Positions 1-9,828 of a DNA stretch of 20,000 bases are shown here, piece after piece (position 1 is the stretch's first letter; each line of letters begins with the position of its first letter). The DNA comes from an uncultured virus (IMG/VR IMGVR_UViG_3300008050_000020) (lineage: Duplodnaviria; Heunggongvirae; Uroviricota; Caudoviricetes). The DNA is taken from the IMG/VR virus record IMGVR_UViG_3300008050_000020, one strand, 5' to 3'. Position numbers and translations under genes: made by a program. Below the pieces are notes generated by a model. It saw only the letters and a list, made by a program, of their open reading frames with translations. It made no database searches and was not told the DNA's origin.

Positions 1-43
1 CGGAGTCAGTCCTCCGCCTTTTCGTCCGAGAGTCTCTTCGCTC

Positions 44-940
44 TTAAACGTCTAAGACGTCGTAACCAACTGCAATCACCTGGCCATGATCGGGTGCAGT
101 TAGGAAATGAACAGTGTTCGTCTCTTCATCGTAATCCCACTCGGTACCGTATGAGACAACTTCGAAGTCTACGTAGACAACAAGAGATGAGATGATGGGC
201 GTTTGTGAGAGCTGAAATGTGTCTTCCTTGGAAGTAAGGAAGGACGAGTCCGACAGCCACTGACTCCACTCATTGGCACAAAGTCCTAGAGGATCTTTTC
301 CGAAGTAGGTTTCGACCAGATCAATGTACTTGTCACCGACTTCGCCGCATGACGTGTCAATTGCAACGATGCTCACGACGTCAACTTGCCGGCCGCTCTT
401 GAGATCAAACAGCCACTCAGCATAAAGCTCACTTGAGATAGAGCTCTGCTCTTCTTCGTCTGAGATGTGAAAAACGAGCAGATCAGCATCTTCTCGTGAA
501 AAGTCCGGGTAGACTTCATCAGGGTCAGATTCGAAAATGTAATGGGCAGCGTAGCCGCCCTCGATGCCAGTATTCCTCAGGAATCCAGGCGCGAGCTGAA
601 TGTCAATCGACGATGAGTCGCTATCAAAGGGACCCACGAAGTCAGGACCTTTTGTGTCGTTCGTAATGAACATGATCTCAAAGTCAACAGCAACATCCCC
701 GACATCCTCAGCCAGTGTTGCGAGGCCTTCACCCACAGCCTCAAAGTTGTCAGCCATGCTGCATGATGTGTCTAGCACAACCAGCACATCGAGGTTGTCA
801 ATCATGTCAGCTTGAACAAAGCTGTCCACGACGACGTGGGTGTCTGTCAAATCCTCCATGTAGATGTCTTGTCCGCAGCCCTGAGCAAAGACAGCAAAGA
901 AAACGAGGAGAAATGCCATGATGTTGCGTGCTGAGATCAT
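44..940 (-). CDS. Predicted lipoprotein with vWA/MIDAS-like domain
   Basis: Hydrophobic N-terminus ending in lipobox-like AQG|C; DVLVVLDTSCSM (DxSxS MIDAS motif); LLVFHISDEEEQS; very acidic; start overlaps the upstream protease stop (TGATG). Confidence 0.75.
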   Translation of the reverse strand: MISARNIMAFLLVFFAVFAQGCGQDIYMEDLTDTHVVVDSFVQADMIDNLDVLVVLDTSCSMADNFEAVGEGLATLAEDVGDVAVDFEIMFITNDTKGPDFVGPFDSDSSSIDIQLAPGFLRNTGIEGGYAAHYIFESDPDEVYPDFSREDADLLVFHISDEEEQSSISSELYAEWLFDLKSGRQVDVVSIVAIDTSCGEVGDKYIDLVETYFGKDPLGLCANEWSQWLSDSSFLTSKEDTFQLSQTPIISSLVVYVDFEVVSYGTEWDYDEETNTVHFLTAPDHGQVIAVGYDVLDV

Positions 941-1644
941 CAGTCTTCCTTGACCTGGAGTGAGTCGTCGATTGCCTCTGCGACTTCGGGTGTAATGACG
1001 GCGACGTACGCCAGTCCGGGTAGCGCTTGAGGTGTAACGAATTCTTGCACCTCGATAGCAGACACGATGCCCACCAGACGACCCTTCTTGTCAAAGAAGC
1101 AAGAGCCTGACGAACCGAACCAAATAAAGGAATTGACGAGAAGATATCCCCTCTCGTAGCCAACAGTCGAACCATTGAATGTCAGCGTGCTCAAGTGACC
1201 AGCTGGATGGCCCGAGTAAGTCACCTCAGTTCCAGATTCAACCGGCTGCCTGGCGGGACGGTAGCGCATCGGCTGCCGTGAGGTCATTCCCTCAATTCGA
1301 ATGACTGCAATGTCAGGCACAGTAGAAGCATATACGACTTCACCACGAACCCGCTCGCCAGAAGGTGAGAGCACCCATACGAAAGAAGAGCTGTCTACAA
1401 CATGCTGTGCTGTAATGACGAAGTGGTCCTTTCCACGCTTGAAATACGATCCTGAGCCGTAGCCGTCAGCGAAAGGACGTTCAACTCGAACGGCTGCAAG
1501 TGCCGAGGCCTGGTCAGACTTCTTGAGAGACTCGTGAACGAGCTCTCTGCTCGTTGTATCTGTGACATCAACCGACGGAAGATTAGCTGCTTGTGTAGGT
1601 ACGAGCAGGCAAAATGCCATTGACAAAAGAAGGGTACGAGTCAC
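940..1644 (-). CDS. Secreted trypsin-like (S1) serine protease
   Basis: Signal peptide; GSGSYF, ITAQHVV (His), PDIAVI (Asp), FGSSGS (Ser), GRLVGIV; GTG start; no PDZ domain. Confidence 0.85.
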   Translation of the reverse strand: MTRTLLLSMAFCLLVPTQAANLPSVDVTDTTSRELVHESLKKSDQASALAAVRVERPFADGYGSGSYFKRGKDHFVITAQHVVDSSSFVWVLSPSGERVRGEVVYASTVPDIAVIRIEGMTSRQPMRYRPARQPVESGTEVTYSGHPAGHLSTLTFNGSTVGYERGYLLVNSFIWFGSSGSCFFDKKGRLVGIVSAIEVQEFVTPQALPGLAYVAVITPEVAEAIDDSLQVKED

Positions 1645-1700
1645 AGTTCACGTCCGTCGTCTAGTTGTTTACGATGAGCCTCTGGAGATCAAGGAGCACT

Positions 1701-1712
1701 AATGTACGTATC
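1701..1712 (-). promoter_or_regulatory. Class B motif GATACGTACATT upstream of the protease/lipoprotein operon
   Basis: Reverse complement of aatgtacgtatc; 11/12 identical to the divergent plus-strand copy at 1765-1776. Confidence 0.6.
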
Positions 1713-1764
1713 GACGGCAGAACAGATCAACTGTTTTCTCATCGAGATGAACTGAGTAGGATTG

Positions 1765-1776
1765 GATACTTACATT
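1765..1776 (+). promoter_or_regulatory. Class B motif GATACTTACATT (putative late promoter)
   Basis: Lies just upstream of GGAG SD and ATG 1790; core ATA(C/G)(T/G)TA recurs at 4070 and 9813. Confidence 0.6.
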
Positions 1777-1789
1777 CTGGAGATACAGC

Positions 1790-2737
1790 ATGAGCAATTC
1801 TGAGACATTGCTGAGGGAAGCCGTTCGAGGCATGCTTCAGGAAATCGGACCTGAGATCGATTACGGTCCTAGCTTCTCCGACGTTTTTGCTGCACCAGCA
1901 GAAGATTCGCTCAAGGTGATCGGTTCAGAGCTTGCGAAGCTGTCCAGCAAGGCACAGGCTGCTGCTGCTATCTTGATCAAGGGAACAGTCGGTCTTTTCC
2001 TGCCAGGCCTCGAGGCAGATTACGACCGCATTTTCGAGGCAGAAGAGAAGCGTCATGCTGATATCATGGCGCGCTATCCTGATGCGTATCGAAACGTCGA
2101 AGGGGCGATGGAAAAGGCCTGGCGCCTTCCTTTTCTAATCGATCCTGCAAAGACACTGTCAACGCAAATTGCTGTCAAGGCTCCGCGAGCCGCTATTGCA
2201 ACAGCTCGGGTAATCGCAGGTCGAGATCTCATCAGTCCGCAAATGCGGAAGAAGGTTAAGCAGGACCGCGAGCTAGCGAGTCTATGGCGACAGATTTCAG
2301 AGACTCGTCACCGACGCAACGGCCGAATTCTCGTAGAAGAGGCAACTCCCGAGATTGTGCAGGCATTTCTTTCGCATGAGACGATTGCTGAGGCCATCAA
2401 CAACAGTCAGATGGCTCAGAGAATGCATCGTGACGGTATTTCCAGTACTCGCCAGACAGCACAGGAGCTCGTCAAGAAGACTAAGGACTACCTACAAGTC
2501 GATAGCATTGATGACATCGAGCAGAAGATGGGCCAGTCCGTAGACCTCGCACCAGCCGAAGAAGCACCAGAAGAAACTGACGCAATCCTCAATATTACAG
2601 TCTCCCAGGTTCGTGAAGAAGGCAAAAAGGAAGCTATCAAGGCGCTGCAGGAAAGACTTGATGCAATGGGTAAGGACAACGAGGGTCCCGTAAAGGACAT
2701 CTACACGCAGGCAGTCACAGAGATCACCAAGCTCTGA
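1790..2737 (+). CDS. Hypothetical protein with N-terminal LLRE..LxE leader (candidate virion/internal head protein)
   Basis: 315 aa ORF with GGAG SD; N-terminus SETLLREAVRGMLQE; predicted mostly helical. Confidence 0.75.
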   Translation: MSNSETLLREAVRGMLQEIGPEIDYGPSFSDVFAAPAEDSLKVIGSELAKLSSKAQAAAAILIKGTVGLFLPGLEADYDRIFEAEEKRHADIMARYPDAYRNVEGAMEKAWRLPFLIDPAKTLSTQIAVKAPRAAIATARVIAGRDLISPQMRKKVKQDRELASLWRQISETRHRRNGRILVEEATPEIVQAFLSHETIAEAINNSQMAQRMHRDGISSTRQTAQELVKKTKDYLQVDSIDDIEQKMGQSVDLAPAEEAPEETDAILNITVSQVREEGKKEAIKALQERLDAMGKDNEGPVKDIYTQAVTEITKL

Positions 2738-2766
2738 TTTACAAATCGATGCCTGCTTTGGATGAT
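2738..2766 (+). promoter_or_regulatory. Possible sigma70-type promoter TTTACA-N17-GATGAT
   Basis: Intergenic, correct spacing, followed by GGAGG SD; the -10 element is imperfect. Confidence 0.35.
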
Positions 2767-2788
2767 CACCGCATGGAGGTCATCACCT

Positions 2789-3160
2789 ATGTCGATGCCG
2801 AGCACCTGGCTGCCTGAGATCATGTATGAAGAGGATATCCCGGGTCAGTCCGCGACTCTTCCTTTCATTCTCGTACCTGTTGAAGAAGAGATGCCTACGT
2901 TCTTGATGCTCTGGGAGCACAAGGAGACTGGTGACGTTGAGCCAGGGCCAGACGGTGAGGATTTGCCTATCGTCCAGCCTGATTTGCGACAGTATGCTCG
3001 AATGGACGTGCTCAAGGACGAGCTAAGCCCTGATGCTTACGATGACGTTCGTGTGGCACTTGGCCTGGCTCCGCTGCAGGCAGCAACTAAGCTGGGACAG
3101 CAGATCACGAATCGGGCGAGTGCAGCGGCAGCTCTGGGGTCGCAAACCTCCGACGAGTGA
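2789..3160 (+). CDS. Hypothetical acidic protein
   Basis: Start moved from 2762 to ATG 2789 behind GGAGG (2775-2779); no family recognised. Confidence 0.75.
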   Translation: MSMPSTWLPEIMYEEDIPGQSATLPFILVPVEEEMPTFLMLWEHKETGDVEPGPDGEDLPIVQPDLRQYARMDVLKDELSPDAYDDVRVALGLAPLQAATKLGQQITNRASAAAALGSQTSDE

Positions 3161-3189
3161 TGCAAGTGTAGCTGAAATTGAGGTATGAT
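3160..3189 (+). promoter_or_regulatory. Class A promoter ATGCAA-N18-TATGAT
   Basis: Matches the recurrent RTGYAW-N17/18-TAnnnT motif; GGAGG SD at 3201. Confidence 0.7.
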
Positions 3190-3211
3190 AGGCATCTACT
3201 GGAGGTGTCTA

Positions 3212-4054
3212 ATGCTTCACGAAAGCTATATCACTCGAGAGATGGTTAGTCGTGCGATCAAGAGCATGCAAGCGTTTCACGAAGCGCAGATTGCTCTTCA
3301 CAGTCAGTTCGGAATGGACTTTCTCGGCAATCGCGGTCGGCGGAACATCATCATGTCAGCGTCGCAGGAGAAGTTCTTCGCTGATGAGATCGGGCGAACT
3401 TACAAGGACGTAATCGAAGACGGCCGGACGGGCCAGGCCGATATCTACATTGGCGAGCTTGCGAGAGAGCTCGAGTGCAAGATGACCAGCCCGATGTCTT
3501 CAACGGGCGCCATCCAGCTTCAGACTGATTTTGAGACTCTCTCCCAGAAGGGTGAGCTCGATTACCTCTACGTCATCGCGGGACCTGATTTCAAGACATT
3601 CTGTGTCTTGCATTTCTCTGACCTGACGACTGCTGACTTCCGCCTTCCGCATGCGACTGCTCGTGGCAAGGTAGCGATGGTCAAGCACAAGGGAATGAAG
3701 AAGTGTGCTGTCTTGTGGGGGTCTGTTGAAACGCAGATTGAGAGGACAGTTGCTCGCCTGGAAGCTGAGAAGTCCGAGGTTGACAGCCTTCTCGGCGTAG
3801 AAATGAGAGGCATCGTTTCGCGCAAGCCCGCTCTTCTGGCAGCACTTGCGGAAGACGTGCATCCCGAGACAGGTGAGAAGCTCAAGGCTCGAACTCGTCG
3901 CGGTGTCCGTGAAATGCTCAAGCGACTCGAGGCACGGCCCGAGTACATCACGAATCTGGCACTTGCTAAGCTTGAAAGCCTCGACAAGAAGATTGCAACA
4001 GCTCGGCTGAAGGACGCCAGGTACTCTTTTATCCTCGAGCCCGGTGAGGAATGA
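3212..4054 (+). CDS. Putative PD-(D/E)xK nuclease with C-terminal coiled coil
   Basis: Start ATG 3212 behind GGAGG; SQEKFF...GQADIYI...ELECK fits the E..D..ExK pattern; helical C-terminal third. Confidence 0.6.
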   Translation: MLHESYITREMVSRAIKSMQAFHEAQIALHSQFGMDFLGNRGRRNIIMSASQEKFFADEIGRTYKDVIEDGRTGQADIYIGELARELECKMTSPMSSTGAIQLQTDFETLSQKGELDYLYVIAGPDFKTFCVLHFSDLTTADFRLPHATARGKVAMVKHKGMKKCAVLWGSVETQIERTVARLEAEKSEVDSLLGVEMRGIVSRKPALLAALAEDVHPETGEKLKARTRRGVREMLKRLEARPEYITNLALAKLESLDKKIATARLKDARYSFILEPGEE

Positions 4055-4069
4055 ATCAGCTCTGACTGC

Positions 4070-4076
4070 ATACGTA
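4070..4076 (+). promoter_or_regulatory. Class B motif ATACGTA
   Basis: Intergenic, upstream of the AAGGAG SD of ORF 4100. Confidence 0.55.
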
Positions 4077-4099
4077 CTATCCGCATAAGGAGTACTGAC

Positions 4100-4402
4100 A
4101 TGCAGTTCGATATGACCCGCCTCCTGGAACTTGCTGGCGTCCCCGTCGAAGAGGGCCAGGGCGTTCTGTCTGAAGGCAAGAAGGCAACTTCTGGCAAGAA
4201 GGCTGTAAACGAAGCCGCCGCTCGCGATACACTGGTAGAGACCAAGCTTCGTGCAGCCATTCGCAAGGAGATCTCCGCTATCCTCGAAGACCTCGAGGCG
4301 AGTGGTGGTGATTCCAAGTGGATGCACAAAAGCATGGGCCAGCCCCAGAACAGTCAGAAGGGTCGTGTGACCCGCGGCTTCATGGGGCTCGGTTTCAAGT
4401 AA
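4100..4402 (+). CDS. Small hypothetical protein with RLLELAG and KLRAAIRKEISAILE motifs (candidate virion/prohead protein)
   Basis: Strong AAGGAG SD; several L/V/I-x-E sites; C-terminus GRVTRGFMGLGFK. Confidence 0.75.
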   Translation: MQFDMTRLLELAGVPVEEGQGVLSEGKKATSGKKAVNEAAARDTLVETKLRAAIRKEISAILEDLEASGGDSKWMHKSMGQPQNSQKGRVTRGFMGLGFK

Positions 4403-4421
4403 GCCACCCCTGGAGAATTCC

Positions 4422-4607
4422 GTGAAGATCCACGACTCGCTCATCGAGCGCATCACTTCCCTTGCCGAAACTTACGGCGGCCACCGCGATGAATGGCGGC
4501 TCAAGCAGGAGCTGAAGCGTCTCAACGTCGCCGTATACACCCGCGAGAGCGGCGAGCAGATTCTCGTCGACCAGAACGAGCTCGACAAGCACACCCAGAA
4601 GCGATAA
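4422..4607 (+). CDS. Small hypothetical protein
   Basis: GTG start after GGAG; fills the gap between neighbours. Confidence 0.65.
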   Translation: MKIHDSLIERITSLAETYGGHRDEWRLKQELKRLNVAVYTRESGEQILVDQNELDKHTQKR

Positions 4608-4647
4608 GCATTCGGCTATCCGAATCCTTTAGCAACAGGGTGATGAT

Positions 4648-5154
4648 GTGAATGAAACGTACCAAGCCGGTGATGTTCTCTTTGTCCTTGACGAGGAGCA
4701 ACACCGCATCATTCCTGTGCAGGTCTTCTCCGTAACAGTTCGGAAGACCTTGCGCGGAGAAGAGCAGTTCTACGAGGTTGTCACGCCTGCAAAGCCTGAC
4801 CGCCCTGTTTCTCTCGAAAAGATCAAGAGTCCCATCTATTCATCGCTTGATGTTTTGCATCAGGAGCTGCTTTCGAATGCGCAGACCGCGATTGGAAAGA
4901 TGGTCAGTCATGCTGCTGCAGTTACGCAGAAGGCCTTCAGTGTCGATGTAGTTGATTCTGATCCGCTCGACCCCATTGCTGCAGAGCCGGATACGCTGCA
5001 GGCCGAAGCACCACAAACGCCGAAGCCAGTGATCAACGGAAGCACTATCACGCTGCCGGACGGCACAAAGCAGAGGATTGATCTGCCGGCTGTGGCGCTA
5101 CTCGAGAAGCCAGTTTTGCCTGAAAGCGTGCAAAAAGCCGCAGCCGCAGGGTAG
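4648..5154 (+). CDS. Hypothetical protein with SH3/KOW-like N-terminus
   Basis: YQAGDVLFV followed by beta-strand-like segments; Pro/acidic linker; start uncertain. Confidence 0.7.
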   Translation: MNETYQAGDVLFVLDEEQHRIIPVQVFSVTVRKTLRGEEQFYEVVTPAKPDRPVSLEKIKSPIYSSLDVLHQELLSNAQTAIGKMVSHAAAVTQKAFSVDVVDSDPLDPIAAEPDTLQAEAPQTPKPVINGSTITLPDGTKQRIDLPAVALLEKPVLPESVQKAAAAG

Positions 5155-5157
5155 AAT
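5128..5157 (+). promoter_or_regulatory. Class A promoter GTGCAA-N18-TAGAAT
   Basis: Overlaps the 3' end of the upstream ORF, whose TAG stop is part of the -10; GGAGG follows. Confidence 0.75.
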
Positions 5158-5174
5158 ATAGTTCTGGAGGCCCA

Positions 5175-5246
5175 GTGGGCTGCTTTGAACTAGTGCTTAT
5201 CGTCGTAGGCTTGGGAGCCTTTGCTTTGGCAAGGCGTCACCGATGA
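5175..5246 (+). CDS. 23-aa single-TM micropeptide (MGCFELVLIVVGLGAFALARRHR)
   Basis: GTG 4 nt after GGAGG; hydrophobic core followed by basic tail; ATGA overlap with the next ORF; not in the ORF track. Confidence 0.55.
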   Translation: MGCFELVLIVVGLGAFALARRHR

Positions 5247-5365
5247 CCCTCAGTGATCTCATTGCTGGGGGCTTCGTAGTATTTGGAATGGGCTACATCG
5301 GTGGAGTTCTCAGTCGACCCCTCCAGGGAAAGCTTCGCGACCTCTACATCAAGGTGTTCCTTTGA
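5243..5365 (+). CDS. 40-aa membrane micropeptide (MTLSDLIAGGFVVFGMGYIGGVLSRPLQGKLRDLYIKVFL)
   Basis: Coupled on both sides (ATGA and TTGA overlaps); Gly-rich hydrophobic helix; not in the ORF track. Confidence 0.6.
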   Translation: MTLSDLIAGGFVVFGMGYIGGVLSRPLQGKLRDLYIKVFL

Positions 5366-6222
5366 AAGTTCTGATTCTTGACGCCTATAATCTGATGCAC
5401 CGAGCTCGGTCCGGATTCCAGAAGGGCGACTGGCCCGTAGTTTACAATTTCTTCCGGAGTCTTCGACCCCTGGTTGGCAAGTTCAATCCAGACGTCATCT
5501 ACTTCGTCCTCGAAGGTACACCCAAGCGCAACCTTGAACTCCTGCCGAACTACAAGGGCAGTCGAGCAGTTGATCCCGTCGTTGATCCCAAGAAGCATGA
5601 AGCCTTGGTCAACTTCCACCGACAGAAGGATGTCATTATCGAGCTGATGGAGAACTACCTTCCGGTGGTCTGCGTTCAGCACCCTGACTACGAGGCAGAT
5701 GATGTGATGGCTGAGCTCGCACATCAGCACGAGGGCGACAAGGTGGCTCTCGTGTCAGGTGACTCAGATATGCTCCAGGTACTCCAGGAGACTTCTTGGG
5801 TTAAGCTTTGGCATCCCATCAAGAAGGAGTTCTTGAAGGCTCCAGATTACAACTACGTGACCTGGAAGGCCCTTCGTGGTGACTCCACGGATGATATCCC
5901 TGGCATTCCTGGTGTGGGTGACGTTACGGCTACGAAGCTTGTCACTGAGCCGACTCTTATGGAAGCCCGATTTGCTCGGAGCCCCGGAGACCGTGACATC
6001 TTCAAGCGAAACCTTGATCTTGTCCAGCTGCACCGGCTTGGCGACGACATGCTCACTCTGAACGTTCGACCAGGAATGATTGACTGGGATGAGCTCAAGG
6101 AGGCATTTGCAAGCTTCGGCTTCAGGTCGATGCTTAAGGAGAAGACTTGGGAGAAGTACATTGCCACTTTCGAATGCGTTACTCAGATGCCGACCAAGGA
6201 AGAGTTGTTGAGCAATGAGTAG
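5362..6222 (+). CDS. Stand-alone 5'-3' exonuclease / flap endonuclease (PolA N-terminal / T4 RNase H family)
   Basis: LILDAYNL, YKGSR, YEADD, SGDSDMLQ, H3TH motif LRGDSTDDIPGIPGVGDVTA; TTG start. Confidence 0.93.
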   Translation: MKVLILDAYNLMHRARSGFQKGDWPVVYNFFRSLRPLVGKFNPDVIYFVLEGTPKRNLELLPNYKGSRAVDPVVDPKKHEALVNFHRQKDVIIELMENYLPVVCVQHPDYEADDVMAELAHQHEGDKVALVSGDSDMLQVLQETSWVKLWHPIKKEFLKAPDYNYVTWKALRGDSTDDIPGIPGVGDVTATKLVTEPTLMEARFARSPGDRDIFKRNLDLVQLHRLGDDMLTLNVRPGMIDWDELKEAFASFGFRSMLKEKTWEKYIATFECVTQMPTKEELLSNE

Positions 6223-6427
6223 TCTGATCGTCAAAAACCTGACTAAGTGTCCCGAGTGCAGCTGTGCCCCAGTCCGAGCAGTAGAATTTGCAAATGCATG
6301 GACAGAGTACGTGATTGAAGGAGACACCCTTCATCTAGCTGACGAGGGCGAAGAGTTTGTATTGACGCAGTTGACTTGCAAAGACGGCCACAGCTGGCCT
6401 CTTCGTGTGTTGCAACATGAGCACTGA
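6215..6427 (+). CDS. Small putative zinc-ribbon protein
   Basis: CPEC...CKDGH; start overlaps the exonuclease 3' end. Confidence 0.6.
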   Translation: MSSLIVKNLTKCPECSCAPVRAVEFANAWTEYVIEGDTLHLADEGEEFVLTQLTCKDGHSWPLRVLQHEH

Positions 6428-6716
6428 GCTGACACCTGAGCTGCTGGCTAAGCTTCGTACAATCGGAGAGTCAACGCATCCCGACGACTGGTCGCTGGTC
6501 GAGGACGATGTTCTCCTAGCTTTGCTCAATGAGATCAAGCGTTTGCGTGAGCGGCCGCCTCTCCAGGTCATTGCATCAATGGCTCCCTCTCCTGAGCTTG
6601 ATCAGTTCTACGGCCCTCCGTACACACCCAGCGAGCCCGAGTGCGATTATAGAGGTGCCCTAGCAGAATGTCACTCGCTGTACTGCCCTAAGCATGGAAT
6701 TCCAAAGCCTGTGTAG
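6417..6716 (+). CDS. Hypothetical protein with C-terminal Cys/His cluster
   Basis: Likely ATG 6417; ends CDYRGALAECHSLYCPKHG. Confidence 0.6.
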   Translation: MSTELTPELLAKLRTIGESTHPDDWSLVEDDVLLALLNEIKRLRERPPLQVIASMAPSPELDQFYGPPYTPSEPECDYRGALAECHSLYCPKHGIPKPV

Positions 6717-6728
6717 AGCAGCTGAGTC

Positions 6729-6757
6729 GTTTACAGCGCTGCTACTGAGAGTACGAT
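6729..6757 (+). promoter_or_regulatory. Putative promoter GTTTAC-N17-TACGAT for the groEL unit
   Basis: Intergenic, followed by GGAGG SD; the -35 differs from class A. Confidence 0.5.
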
Positions 6758-6778
6758 TCGGGCATTGGAGGCATTGCC

Positions 6779-8577
<1,799 letters not shown>

Positions 8578-8583
8578 AGCAAC

Positions 8584-9315
8584 ATGAAGCATACGGTAAT
8601 CTTCGGGGACGTCCACGGCGACGCCATTGAGCTTCGTAAATTCATTGATCGGGTCAAGTCGGTCTATGAAGATGTAACATTTCGAACGCTGGGCGACCTC
8701 ATTGATCGAGGGCCTGACAGCAAAGAGGTGATCCAGATTTGCATCGACGAAGGCGTTCAGGGCGTCTTTGGTAATCACGAACTCTGGATGCGTGAGCTGA
8801 TCAAGACTGGGAGACTGGACGAGTTTCCTCTGAGCTCGATTATGGGCGGCAAAGCCACGATGATCAGCTATGGAATCGACAAAGACATGTTTCACGGTCG
8901 TACTGGCGGGCACATCACCCGCAAGATCGGTGCAGTGTTGATGCAGGTTATGCCTGACTCTCATAAGGAGTTCTTTCTGAGTCTCAAGCGATGGGACAAG
9001 GTTGCTGTTGATGATGAGGTGGCCTGGTTGACGCACAACTCGATCAAGCGCAACCAGATGATGTCAATGCTTTCGATGACTAAGTCTGAGGAGCTTGCAC
9101 TCGACATGATTCCAGACTCTTCTCTGTGGCCCCCGACTAACCATTGGATGCCCGAGACACTTTACAAGCTCCCCGATGGATTTCAGGTGTTTGGCCATTC
9201 GCCTCAGGATGAAGCTGAGATTACCCCGGACTTTGTCTCGCTAGACACAGGTTGCGGAACATGCTTCCCATACAAGCTCTCAGGTCTGGTGCTCCCAGAT
9301 TTGACGCTGGTATGA
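8584..9315 (+). CDS. PPP-family metallophosphoesterase (lambda NinI/PrpA-like Ser/Thr phosphatase)
   Basis: GDVHG, GDLIDRG, GNHE, VFGHSP and LDTG motifs. Confidence 0.9.
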   Translation: MKHTVIFGDVHGDAIELRKFIDRVKSVYEDVTFRTLGDLIDRGPDSKEVIQICIDEGVQGVFGNHELWMRELIKTGRLDEFPLSSIMGGKATMISYGIDKDMFHGRTGGHITRKIGAVLMQVMPDSHKEFFLSLKRWDKVAVDDEVAWLTHNSIKRNQMMSMLSMTKSEELALDMIPDSSLWPPTNHWMPETLYKLPDGFQVFGHSPQDEAEITPDFVSLDTGCGTCFPYKLSGLVLPDLTLV

Positions 9316-9527
9316 GCGGCGCGAAGACACAAACTCGCAGCGAAGAAGAGCTAAGGGAGTTTGTTGAGGGCGTCATTAAGTCTGAATGGACTAGCGAACA
9401 ATTTCAAACGCTTTTTAGAGAATTCTTCTTTGGTGGCTACAGCACCTACGAAGACTACGTCAAGTACGGCGAAGCATTTGTCAACATTGAGATGAAGGAG
9501 GCACGGAGTGATGTTATGAATACCTGA
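9312..9527 (+). CDS. Hypothetical protein
   Basis: ATG 9312 overlaps the upstream stop (ATGA). Confidence 0.65.
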   Translation: MSGAKTQTRSEEELREFVEGVIKSEWTSEQFQTLFREFFFGGYSTYEDYVKYGEAFVNIEMKEARSDVMNT

Positions 9528-9539
9528 CAAGGACATAAC

Positions 9540-9788
9540 ATGCCGCACGTTAACCACTCTCGTGGTGAGACGACTTCTTTTGTATTCCGCCGTGAACATG
9601 GTCGAATCACCCACAACACCTACCACAAGGGCAAGCGCGATTCCCACAAGGAGTGGAAGAGCCGCGGAAACCGATCCTACCGAACCCGCGTTCGGGCCTG
9701 GATGCACCGCGTAATAACGCTCGATGCTTGGTGGGACGAAATGCCTCCCATCGATCATGAAGTCCGAGATCTATGGGATCTCTCGTAA
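9540..9788 (+). CDS. Small basic, His/Arg/Trp-rich hypothetical protein
   Basis: AAGGA SD; KEWKSRGNRSYRTRVR followed by acidic tail HEVRDLWDLS. Confidence 0.7.
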   Translation: MPHVNHSRGETTSFVFRREHGRITHNTYHKGKRDSHKEWKSRGNRSYRTRVRAWMHRVITLDAWWDEMPPIDHEVRDLWDLS

Positions 9789-9812
9789 TTCGGACAGACT
9801 GCTTGCAATCGC

Positions 9813-9819
9813 ATAGTTA
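9813..9819 (+). promoter_or_regulatory. Class B motif ATAGTTA
   Basis: 9 nt before ATG 9829 with no SD between; heads three consecutive LLRE-leader genes. Confidence 0.55.
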
Positions 9820-9828
9820 ATCTTTGCT

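Noticed and set aside
1..22. cggag-N6-ctccg followed by cctttt as a terminator
   Set aside because: Cut by the window edge, and on the minus strand it reads GGAGG, so it may equally be the SD of an off-window gene.
3500..4456. Long minus-strand ORFs (318 aa and 255 aa) and similar ones at 5764-6327, 8287-9036, 11620-12288 and 14106-14687
   Set aside because: They are antisense shadows of well-supported plus-strand genes, with no recognisable motifs or promoter context.
4610..4630. Hairpin ATTCGG-CTAT-CCGAAT after ORF 4422
   Set aside because: Only a 6-bp stem and a weak T-tract; a possible terminator but poorly supported.
9312..9390. EELREFVEGVIKSE as another LLRE leader
   Set aside because: The terminal LxE spacing differs and the gene lies in a class A unit; may be a chance amphipathic helix.
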